A DNA stretch of 64,000 nucleotides, taken from Flectonema sp. DT1601. Lineage: Eukaryota. The stretch is taken from contig OZ025801.1 in NCBI GenBank assembly GCA_964019425.1, forward strand, positions 1 to 64,000, read 5' to 3'. Below are positions 43,309 to 52,682 of the stretch, piece after piece. Numbering within the stretch: position 1 is the stretch's first letter; each line of letters opens with the position of its first letter. Under the pieces are notes generated by a model that saw only the letters and a list, made by a program, of their open reading frames with translations, did no database searches and was not told the DNA's origin. Both the position numbers and the translations under genes were made by a program.

Positions 43309-46300
43309 CTAAGACAGTTTATTGCGTTGGGGTAGTGGCTGGTGCCCGTTTCGATTCGGCGTGACACCGGCTCCGCCACCCCGTCGCGAGTTGAAGAAGC
43401 CCCCGAGCGCAAGTTCGACCTTCGCCCTCGTCTCCGAGGTGATAGGCTCCCTCGAGGGGATGTCTGCGGGGTTATACTTTGTGCTCACCCATTGAAGTGT
43501 GAAAGAACATTTTAAACGAAGTAATTTTTCTATTGAAACTAAAATAAATGAATTAAGAGAGTGTGAGCGAGCACACATCTTCTTTCTGAACGATCCGCAG
43601 ACCGTGGTGTTATCGACCCAGATGGACAAATGGTCCGCTCTAGTAATAGCGCTCAAAGTCTTCCCTAAGGCATCTGCCTCGAGAATGTTAATATGGCGTT
43701 CTTCGCCTAAAGGCCATTGGCCACCTAAGATTTCCATCTCTGCAGAGTCCCAAACAATCACACCTCCCCAGCCCTTGAGCGAGGCATCGATAAAGACCTC
43801 TGCAGTTTTACCGACCTTCTCATCTGGTAAGATAGTACGTCCCTTCTGGACTTGGTGCATCCACGCGCGCAGCTCAGCTTTCACTGAGTTTGGTAAAGAA
43901 ATCTTTTCCGAAACAAGAATTGCTCCTCGATTGAGCTTATTAGTAAGTCTTCGCAGAAACTTCATTGCAAACCAGAACCTACCAGGAGGGACTCCTGATA
44001 TGGCACTAGCATGCAAAAGCCTGCCCGAAAGAGATTCTGCTGCTGCTGCAGTTATGCAGTTCAAATTGCAAGCTTTTATTCTTTTAGTAATCTTTTCACC
44101 TAAAGAAACTTCCCTAGTAGGATGTGAGAAAAATGCACCTAAAAATTCGTATTCAGTGCCTAAATTAACAGTATCTTGTACCTTCCAGGTTGCGTTGCAA
44201 AGCCTGGCAAACTCGTCCATTCTATTCGTGGCCTCTCGGACCCTTTCTTTATCCCCATAAATCCTTATATTATCTATCCACCAATCAATTTTCACTTGCT
44301 TTTCTGCAGATTCTGGCCTAACAAACAAGGGGTCGCCAGAAACTACTGCAGTAATCGTATTCATAATTTCGGGCGCACAAACGTGCCCCATCGGTAATCT
44401 GGTTAGCGCGAACCAGTCCCCCGAGGCATCCTCGAAGGTAAAAAGAGGTCTCGAAGCCTCTGGAATAAGTATCTGATAAAAACCTGTTTTAAAGTCTCTT
44501 AAAGAAGCTACTTCTGAGTGCACTGCACCTAAGTACTTCGAGATATGTTGTAAAGGTACAAACGGTTCATATCCAGTCTCGTAAATCTTCTCGTTCTCTT
44601 CCTTAGTCCACAAGATAAAGCGCTGCCTATCTCCTGTCTCCCTTTCCTCGAAAACTGTGAAAGGCACGTTCCTGGACTTAGAAAGTTCCTTCTTAAAAGG
44701 TACTGCAATTTTACACCTTACTAACTCCTTAGAGTGAAGACAGGAAAGCTTTGTTTTTTGAAAAGAATTTTGGGTTTTTTTATCTTTCAGGTGGGGAGTG
44801 GTGGAATGGTTGGAGGGAGAACGGGATGAGTGTCTCGAAGGGTCGTTAGGGAGCGCCGGTTCGAGTCTGGGAGGGGGATTCTTCTCTCTATTTTTACCTA
44901 AACTTTTCAGATTTCCTGCATTTTTAAATGTCAAGTCCCAAGTCTCGTTGAAACGCTCTAGGACGCTCGGAAGCATCTGGTCTTTGATTATTTGAATATC
45001 CATCGGCTGTACGATCGCTGCGTGTAATGGGGCCGACTTCTCGTAGCTCGTACTCGGTATCCTTGTTGACTTAGCCCTGTGTGTGAACTGAGCCCCCATT
45101 TTTCTTATCAGTTTTATAGGAACTTCGTCACTAAGGATGTCTTCAGGGCCCGAGCGGTGGCGATTGCGTTCCCTCCGTATCTTATTGTTGTATTTGAGAT
45201 CGCCGACGTCGTCGAGTGCTTTGCAAGGCGGCTTATCAGCTCTTCCTTCAGGTCGCATCCGCTCGCGAGGAGCTCTAGTAAGGTGCTTATTGCGCCTCTT
45301 TTTATCGAGTGGGCTGTATAGGTTTTCATAATACTGTCTTCCTTCCACTCTTTTACTAGTCGTGATGTGTCCCACGGATGTAAGGTTTCGAATTCTTCTA
45401 TTTCCGTCAGTCCATCCGCTATTTCCTCCACGAGATCCCCGACCAACACGGCCCATCTGCTCGGGTAGAACGGATTGCCTCTGCGGCCCTTTGGTGTGGT
45501 TGCCCAATCTATTATTATTTCTTCCTTTGAAATTAGTATAAACTGCTCCCTTGCTAGTCCTGCTGTCTCTCCCCATCGTGCGGCTGCCTTCCAGCTGATG
45601 AGCATCGCGACTCTCGTCCTCGTACATTGTTTCATCGCCCATCCTACTAAGTGCTCCCTCTTCATGGGGATTGCTTGCTGAGTTGGAATGTTCCCTCCTG
45701 CTGCTCTGATTGCTGCTGCTAAGGTTAAAAGTGGCTTGCTGTCCATTCCCATCTTCCCCATCAGGGCTGACAGGTGCTTTGAATATGTAAGAAGCGCCGA
45801 TTCCGCTGCTCCCGTTGCCATCACGAAGAGAACAGCTGTGTCCCCATTGACTTGTAGGTTCTGGCTGCCTGCCCAATTTATCAGTCTCTTCCAGAGCTGC
45901 TTCCTGCTGGAAGTGGTCTCCTTTGCCCACATCTTCTCCATTGTCTCTCCAAGTCTTTCTGTTGCTTGGAGCACTCCCACAGAGTCTTCCTTCTGATTTC
46001 TGCTCAGGGCAGAGGGCTCCACTATGTCTAGAAGGACATTTTGGATCACCCCTGAAGAGTCCCTTCTGGGTTCTTCCTCCACTTTTTCTACTAAGTCTGT
46101 CTTTTCCAGATTTTTGAGATTCTTTGAATTTTCCCTGACTAGACTTAGAGATGAGATACTTTTTGAAATTGCCATCCCAGGCTTTCCCGGGGTATACCTG
46201 CGCATTAGACCAATTACTTTGAGATTTCTCTGAATTTTCAGTGTTCCTCTTTCTATTTCTACCTGCTTCTTTACCTTCAATATTTGTAGCAAGTTTCCCA

Positions 46301-46350
46301 AGGCTCTTGCTCTCCTCACTGGCAGTGTAGGGCTGGACGTCGCCAGTCAT
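43309..46350 (-). CDS. RT/RNase H, copy 3
   Basis: Intact and near-identical to the other copies. Confidence 0.9.
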   Translation of the reverse strand: MTGDVQPYTASEESKSLGKLATNIEGKEAGRNRKRNTENSEKSQSNWSNAQVYPGKAWDGNFKKYLISKSSQGKFKESQKSGKDRLSRKSGGRTQKGLFRGDPKCPSRHSGALCPEQKSEGRLCGSAPSNRKTWRDNGEDVGKGDHFQQEAALEETDKLGRQPEPTSQWGHSCSLRDGNGSSGIGASYIFKAPVSPDGEDGNGQQATFNLSSSNQSSRREHSNSASNPHEEGALSRMGDETMYEDESRDAHQLEGSRTMGRDSRTSKGAVYTNFKGRNNNRLGNHTKGPQRQSVLPEQMGRVGRGSRGGNSGWTDGNRRIRNLTSVGHITTSKRVEGRQYYENLYSPLDKKRRNKHLTRAPRERMRPEGRADKPPCKALDDVGDLKYNNKIRRERNRHRSGPEDILSDEVPIKLIRKMGAQFTHRAKSTRIPSTSYEKSAPLHAAIVQPMDIQIIKDQMLPSVLERFNETWDLTFKNAGNLKSLGKNREKNPPPRLEPALPNDPSRHSSRSPSNHSTTPHLKDKKTQNSFQKTKLSCLHSKELVRCKIAVPFKKELSKSRNVPFTVFEERETGDRQRFILWTKEENEKIYETGYEPFVPLQHISKYLGAVHSEVASLRDFKTGFYQILIPEASRPLFTFEDASGDWFALTRLPMGHVCAPEIMNTITAVVSGDPLFVRPESAEKQVKIDWWIDNIRIYGDKERVREATNRMDEFARLCNATWKVQDTVNLGTEYEFLGAFFSHPTREVSLGEKITKRIKACNLNCITAAAAESLSGRLLHASAISGVPPGRFWFAMKFLRRLTNKLNRGAILVSEKISLPNSVKAELRAWMHQVQKGRTILPDEKVGKTAEVFIDASLKGWGGVIVWDSAEMEILGGQWPLGEERHINILEADALGKTLSAITRADHLSIWVDNTTVCGSFRKKMCARSHSLNSFILVSIEKLLRLKCSFTLQWVSTKYNPADIPSREPITSETRAKVELALGGFFNSRRGGGAGVTPNRNGHQPLPQRNKLS
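45114..46319 (-). CDS. Tyrosine recombinase, copy 3
   Basis: Catalytic residues intact. Confidence 0.9.
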   Translation of the reverse strand: MRRARALGNLLQILKVKKQVEIERGTLKIQRNLKVIGLMRRYTPGKPGMAISKSISSLSLVRENSKNLKNLEKTDLVEKVEEEPRRDSSGVIQNVLLDIVEPSALSRNQKEDSVGVLQATERLGETMEKMWAKETTSSRKQLWKRLINWAGSQNLQVNGDTAVLFVMATGAAESALLTYSKHLSALMGKMGMDSKPLLTLAAAIRAAGGNIPTQQAIPMKREHLVGWAMKQCTRTRVAMLISWKAAARWGETAGLAREQFILISKEEIIIDWATTPKGRRGNPFYPSRWAVLVGDLVEEIADGLTEIEEFETLHPWDTSRLVKEWKEDSIMKTYTAHSIKRGAISTLLELLASGCDLKEELISRLAKHSTTSAISNTTIRYGGNAIATARALKTSLVTKFL

Positions 46351-47393
46351 TGTCCCCCAGCCCTTCCGTTTCCCTGTCCTCGCTGGAACGTCCTACGGAA
46401 TGGAACATATCCTCCTTTTCTTCCTTTTGTACTTGCACTGCTTGTAAGGTTTCTGGTAATTGCTTTCTTCTTTGCCATAAGTACTGCATTAGCCTTCTGT
46501 AATGGATCATTAGCCTCTGTTTTAAGCTGATTGATTAGATCCGACCTCTTTGTCCCATTCATGCAATACATATTCTGAATCTTCAAATCTCTCAACAAGT
46601 TATTTCCTAATGAGACTGCATTCTCGTTCTTGTCCCATCCTGGGATGAATTCCATAGCTAATATGAATCTTTCTAAGTTATTGTAATAATTCTCTAGCAA
46701 CTCAACCCCTGGTCCAGGGGGAACTCTTCCTACGAATTTTGATTCCAGTTTAATCAGCAAGATCTCTGTCAGCCGTTGTTCCATGATTGGAATCCAGTCT
46801 AAAACACTATTCGTGTCTAATACAGCAGACTGCATCTGTGAATCTTCTTCTCCACCTTGATGAGTACCTTGCTGAGGCGCTGCAGGAAGCACTGGTGGTG
46901 GTACAGGCTGTGGCCCCTGTGAGGTCTGCTGATGTGGTGTATTTTGAAAATGCTGCTGGAGCTGTTGCTGTAATTGTTGCTGAAGCTGCTGCTGAAACTG
47001 CAGTTGAGACTGTTGAAACTGCTGGAACTGATCTTTAATTCCAATTACTTCTTGTTTGAGGATGTTTGTCTCATGCGAACGCACCTCGCTCTCTTGTCGA
47101 ACTGCAGCATCCCGCTTCTGACTTTCTTCCCTCGTGCGTGCTATCACGGCAGCTGCGATTCCTGGTTCGATTTCACTCACATTAGGAGCTTCACATCCTG
47201 TTTGTCCCAGTTCCCTAACAGTTTTACTCATAGCTTGGTTATAAATTCCACCCTTGCCTGCTCTGTCAATCTTCACTATTCCTTCTAATGGTAAATCATT
47301 AACGAAGAAGGCCCTAACTTTGTGGCCCATTGTGCTTGCTAGAAATCCTTCAATCTCATCATCATTCATGCACTTAATAGTTGCAGTAGTCAT
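46347..47393 (-). CDS. Gag-like protein, copy 3 (lacks IKIDVL)
   Basis: GQTGC|EAPN here versus GQTGCIKIDVLEAPN in copies 1 and 2. Confidence 0.75.
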   Translation of the reverse strand: MTTATIKCMNDDEIEGFLASTMGHKVRAFFVNDLPLEGIVKIDRAGKGGIYNQAMSKTVRELGQTGCEAPNVSEIEPGIAAAVIARTREESQKRDAAVRQESEVRSHETNILKQEVIGIKDQFQQFQQSQLQFQQQLQQQLQQQLQQHFQNTPHQQTSQGPQPVPPPVLPAAPQQGTHQGGEEDSQMQSAVLDTNSVLDWIPIMEQRLTEILLIKLESKFVGRVPPGPGVELLENYYNNLERFILAMEFIPGWDKNENAVSLGNNLLRDLKIQNMYCMNGTKRSDLINQLKTEANDPLQKANAVLMAKKKAITRNLTSSASTKGRKGGYVPFRRTFQRGQGNGRAGGQ

Positions 47394-47935
47394 TTTTCTT
47401 TTACTTTTAGTGGTGAGATGTGACAAAGTGGCAAATAACAATAAAGTACAGAAACTGTAGCTTTAGAATCGTTGGTTAACCTTAAAAAGGTGCCTACTAA
47501 AAGGAGTCCTTTCTCATCCTATTATACCTTATCTATCTTTCCTAAACCTGCTCATGCACAGAAATCCAGCATCTTTTCCTTGGGCAAAAACCTTTCTTAC
47601 TTTTCTAGTAAGAAAGTTTTCTGCCTAAATTCTGGTGCATTTTGGATGGCTGCGCAATTACTGAAATAAATTTGCAAAAACTGTAGCTTTAGAATCGTTG
47701 GTTAACCTTAAAAAGTAGTTACCCCAGGTGATTAGAAATTACGTGGCTTTTAGAACTACCAGCCAGTACTAACAGAAATGCTTGCTTGCGGGTAGGGAAG
47801 TAAGGGAAAAAGCCTGCAAGCACCCGGGGTTCCCACGTGATCACTCACCGCAGTACTAACCAGGCCTGCTGGTGCTTAACTTCCCAAATCGGGCGGGATG
47901 GGGTGCATTCACCAGAGTATGGCCGCAGGCAATAG

Positions 47936-47946
<11 letters not shown>

Positions 47947-47970
<24 letters not shown>

Positions 47971-48155
47971 GTTACACTCGTCTGTGCTTCCAGACTCTTT
48001 GTTTTTGTTCTTTTCACTTCTTTGTTTTGTCTTTCTTTTATACTTTCTTTTGGTTTAAGTCTGACAAATTGGAAAACACGGGAAACATAGGTAGGCTCCG
48101 CCTGAGGACGTAAGAAGAGCGGCAACGGGAAAAAATAAATGGTCACGCGTCCTTG
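47947..48155 (-). mobile_element. Short poly(A)-tailed retroposon (SINE or extreme 5'-truncated LINE)
   Basis: This unit is 219 bp longer than the others. TSD AGATTTTTTT at 47937 and 48156. T run to 47969 (minus-strand poly(A)). 186-nt body. Confidence 0.85.
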
Positions 48156-48414
48156 AGATTTTTTTATTTTATTTCTTGGGAGTTTCATGGGGCAACCCAC
48201 CAGGAAAAAATTTACAGAAAAGTTTTATTTAGCAGCTGGGGCTGGGTCTTAGCTTTAACGTTAACGCAGGAGCGGCGAAAATTACACCTTTCGGGGAAGA
48301 AAGCCAAAAAAAAAAAAAATATATTAAATATTTTTACGTAAAAATAAGAAACACGGTAAGTCTTTGTACATTTTCTTCTGCTTGGCAAACAGAGGTGCAC
48401 GGACAATAAAAAAA

Positions 48415-48525
48415 CCCCAAAGGAAGAAAATTCTTCCTAAGGGGTTAGCTAAATATTCCAAGCAAGCTCGGATGTTGAGACTGTACCAATAAAGTACAGA
48501 AACTGTAGCTTTAGAATCGTTGGTT
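48415..48525 (-). ncRNA. SL RNA gene, representative type B copy
   Basis: Same 39-nt exon (48487-48525). The intron has structure-preserving substitutions relative to type A. Confidence 0.95.
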
Positions 48526-48632
48526 AACCTTAAAAAGTAGTTACCCCAGGTGATTAGAAATTACGTGGCTTTTAGAACTACCAGCCAGTACTAACAGAAA
48601 TGCTTGCTTGCGGGTAGGGAAGTAAGGGAAAA

Positions 48633-48752
48633 AGCCTGCAAGCACCCGGGGTTCCCACGTGATCACTCACCGCAGTACTAACCAGGCCTGCTGGTGCTTA
48701 ACTTCCCAAATCGGGCGGGATGGGGTGCATTCACCAGAGTATGGCCGCAGGC
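48633..48752 (-). rRNA. 5S rRNA gene, representative type B copy
   Basis: Sequence matches the type A 5S gene. Confidence 0.97.
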
Positions 48753-51700
48753 AATAGCAGATTTTTTTATTTTATTTCTTGGGAGTTTCATGGGGCAACC
48801 CACCAGGAAAAAATTTACAGAAAAGTTTTATTTAGCAGCTGGGGCTGGGTCTTAGCTTTAACGTTAACGCAGGAGCGGCGAAAATTACACCTTTCGGGGA
48901 AGAAAGCCAAAAAAAAAAAAAATATATTAAATATTTTTACGTAAAAATAAGAAACACGGTAAGTCTTTGTACATTTTCTTCTGCTTGGCAAACAGAGGTG
49001 CACGGACAATAAAAAAACCCCAAAGGAAGAAAATTCTTCCTAAGGGGTTAGCTAAATATTCCAAGCAAGCTCGGATGTTGAGACTGTACCAATAAAGTAC
49101 AGAAACTGTAGCTTTAGAATCGTTGGTTAACCTTAAAAAGTAGTTACCCCAGGTGATTAGAAATTACGTGGCTTTTAGAACTACCAGCCAGTACTAACAG
49201 AAATGCTTGCTTGCGGGTAGGGAAGTAAGGGAAAAAGCCTGCAAGCACCCGGGGTTCCCACGTGATCACTCACCGCAGTACTAACCAGGCCTGCTGGTGC
49301 TTAACTTCCCAAATCGGGCGGGATGGGGTGCATTCACCAGAGTATGGCCGCAGGCAATAGCAGATTTTTTTATTTTATTTCTTGGGAGTTTCATGGGGCA
49401 ACCCACCAGGAAAAAATTTACAGAAAAGTTTTATTTAGCAGCTGGGGCTGGGTCTTAGCTTTAACGTTAACGCAGGAGCGGCGAAAATTACACCTTTCGG
49501 GGAAGAAAGCCAAAAAAAAAAAAAATATATTAAATATTTTTACGTAAAAATAAGAAACACGGTAAGTCTTTGTACATTTTCTTCTGCTTGGCAAACAGAG
49601 GTGCACGGACAATAAAAAAACCCCAAAGGAAGAAAATTCTTCCTAAGAGGTTAGCTAAATATTCCAAGCAAGCTCGGATGTTGAGACTGTACCAATAAAG
49701 TACAGAAACTGTAGCTTTAGAATCGTTGGTTAACCTTAAAAAGTAGTTACCCCAGGTGATTAGAAATTACGTGGCTTTTAGAACTACCAGCCAGTACTAA
49801 CAGAAATGCTTGCTTGCGGGTAGGGAAGTAAGGGAAAAAGCCTGCAAGCACCCGGGGTTCCCACGTGATCACTCACCGCAGTACTAACCAGGCCTGCTGG
49901 TGCTTAACTTCCCAAATCGGGCGGGATGGGGTGCATTCACCAGAGTATGGCCGCAGGCAATAGCAGATTTTTTTATTTTATTTCTTGGGAGTTTCATGGG
50001 GCAACCCACCAGGAAAAAATTTACAGAAAAGTTTTATTTAGCAGCTGGGGCTGGGTCTTAGCTTTAACGTTAACGCAGGAGCGGCGAAAATTACACCTTT
50101 CGGGGAAGAAAGCCAAAAAAAAAAAAAATATATTAAATATTTTTACGTAAAAATAAGAAACACGGTAAGTCTTTGTACATTTTCTTCTGCTTGGCAAACA
50201 GAGGTGCACGGACAATAAAAAAACCCCAAAGGAAGAAAATTCTTCCTAAGGGGTTAGCTAAATATTCCAAGCAAGCTCGGATGTTGAGACTGTACCAATA
50301 AAGTACAGAAACTGTAGCTTTAGAATCGTTGGTTAACCTTAAAAAGTAGTTACCCCAGGTGATTAGAAATTACGTGGCTTTTAGAACTACCAGCCAGTAC
50401 TAACAGAAATGCTTGCTTGCGGGTAGGGAAGTAAGGGAAAAAGCCTGCAAGCACCCGGGGTTCCCACGTGATCACTCACCGCAGTACTAACCAGGCCTGC
50501 TGGTGCTTAACTTCCCAAATCGGGCGGGATGGGGTGCATTCACCAGAGTATGGCCGCAGGCAATAGCAGATTTTTTTATTTTATTTCTTGGGAGTTTCAT
50601 GGGGCAACCCACCAGGAAAAAATTTACAGAAAAGTTTTATTTAGCAGCTGGGGCTGGGTCTTAGCTTTAACGTTAACGCAGGAGCGGCGAAAATTACACC
50701 TTTCGGGGAAGAAAGCCAAAAAAAAAAAAAATATATTAAATATTTTTACGTAAAAATAAGAAACACGGTAAGTCTTTGTACATTTTCTTCTGCTTGGCAA
50801 ACAGAGGTGCACGGACAATAAAAAAACCCCAAAGGAAGAAAATTCTTCCTAAGGGGTTAGCTAAATATTCCAAGCAAGCTCGGATGTTGAGACTGTACCA
50901 ATAAAGTACAGAAACTGTAGCTTTAGAATCGTTGGTTAACCTTAAAAAGTAGTTACCCCAGGTGATTAGAAATTACGTGGCTTTTAGAACTACCAGCCAG
51001 TACTAACAGAAATGCTTGCTTGCGGGTAGGGAAGTAAGGGAAAAAGCCTGCAAGCACCCGGGGTTCCCACGTGATCACTCACCGCAGTACTAACCAGGCC
51101 TGCTGGTGCTTAACTTCCCAAATCGGGCGGGATGGGGTGCATTCACCAGAGTATGGCCGCAGGCAATAGCAGATTTTTTTATTTTATTTCTTGGGAGTTT
51201 CATGGGGCAACCCACCAGGAAAAAATTTACAGAAAAGTTTTATTTAGCAGCTGGGGCTGGGTCTTAGCTTTAACGTTAACGCAGGAGCGGCGAAAATTAC
51301 ACCTTTCGGGGAAGAAAGCCAAAAAAAAAAAAAATATATTAAATATTTTTACGTAAAAATAAGAAACACGGTAAGTCTTTGTACATTTTCTTCTGCTTGG
51401 CAAACAGAGGTGCACGGACAATAAAAAAACCCCAAAGGAAGAAAATTCTTCCTAAGGGGTTAGCTAAATATTCCAAGCAAGCTCGGATGTTGAGACTGTA
51501 CCAATAAAGTACAGAAACTGTAGCTTTAGAATCGTTGGTTAACCTTAAAAAGTAGTTACCCCAGGTGATTAGAAATTACGTGGCTTTTAGAACTACCAGC
51601 CAGTACTAACAGAAATGCTTGCTTGCGGGTAGGGAAGTAAGGGAAAAAGCCTGCAAGCACCCGGGGTTCCCACGTGATCACTCACCGCAGTACTAACCAG

Positions 51701-52117
51701 GCCTGCTGGTGCTTAACTTCCCAAATCGGGCGGGATGGGGTGCATTCACCAGAGTATGGCCGCAGGCAATAGCAGATTTTTTTATTTTATTTCTTGGGAG
51801 TTTCATGGGGCAACCCACCAGGAAAAAATTTACAGAAAAGTTTTATTTAGCAGCTGGGGCTGGGTCTTAGCTTTAACGTTAACGCAGGAGCGGCGAAAAT
51901 TACACCTTTCGGGGAAGAAAGCCAAAAAAAAAAAAAATATATTAAATATTTTTACGTAAAAATAAGAAACACGGTAAGTCTTTGTACATTTTCTTCTGCT
52001 TGGCAAACAGAGGTGCACGGACAATAAAAAAACCCCAAAGGAAGAAAATTCTTCCTAAGGGGTTAGCTAAATATTCCAAGCAAGCTCGGATGTTGAGACT
52101 GTACCAATAAAGTACAG

Positions 52118-52682
52118 TAATTGCGCTTGCCTTCCATATCATGCACCTGACGAATGAAATGTATAGATGAAACTAATTAAACTAATAAAACAAACTAATG
52201 GATCAAACTAGCAAACACAGAGAAGCTGTCTAAGACAGTTTATTGCGTTGGGGTAGTGGCTGGTGCCCGTTTCGATTCGGCGTGACACCGGCCGGAGGGA
52301 TGGAGGGTGGGTTTTTCTTTTACTTTTAGTGGTGAGATGTGACAAAGTGGCAAATAACTGCAAAAGTAAAAGAATAAATTTATTAGAATCCAAATTATTT
52401 AAACTATAACAAAAAGACAACTTAGCACCAAAACTCCATGATTTTTTACTGCTAACTGAATTAGCAGCCGAACACCTAGATTTCAAAACCAGATTGCCTA
52501 CTAAAAGGAGTCCTTTCTCATCCTATTATACCTTATCTATCTTTCCTAAACCTGCTTATGCGCAGAAATCCAGCATCTTTTCCTTGGGCAAAAACCTTTC
52601 TTACTTTTCTAGTAAGAAAGTTTTTCTGCCTAAATTCTGGTGCATTCTGGATGGCTGCGCAATTACTGAAATAAATTTGCAA
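52118..52682 (-). mobile_element. Solo split-repeat derivative (A-linker-B, 565 bp) of the YR retrotransposon in an SL exon
   Basis: Same two junctions as the full elements, no internal ORFs. This unit is 603+565 bp. Confidence 0.95.

Larger units (their letters stand above)
42633..47677 (-). mobile_element. YR retrotransposon copy 3, 5045 bp, with an SL exon captured in A1 and an 18-bp in-frame gag deletion
   Basis: Same junctions as copies 1 and 2. 137 bp of A1 are replaced by 52 bp of mostly SL-derived sequence (47439-47490). Confidence 0.95.

Noticed and set aside
48080..48155. HDV-like ribozyme at the 5' end of the short retroposon
   Set aside because: An AGGACG/CGTCCT pairing exists, but I could not build the nested double pseudoknot by eye.
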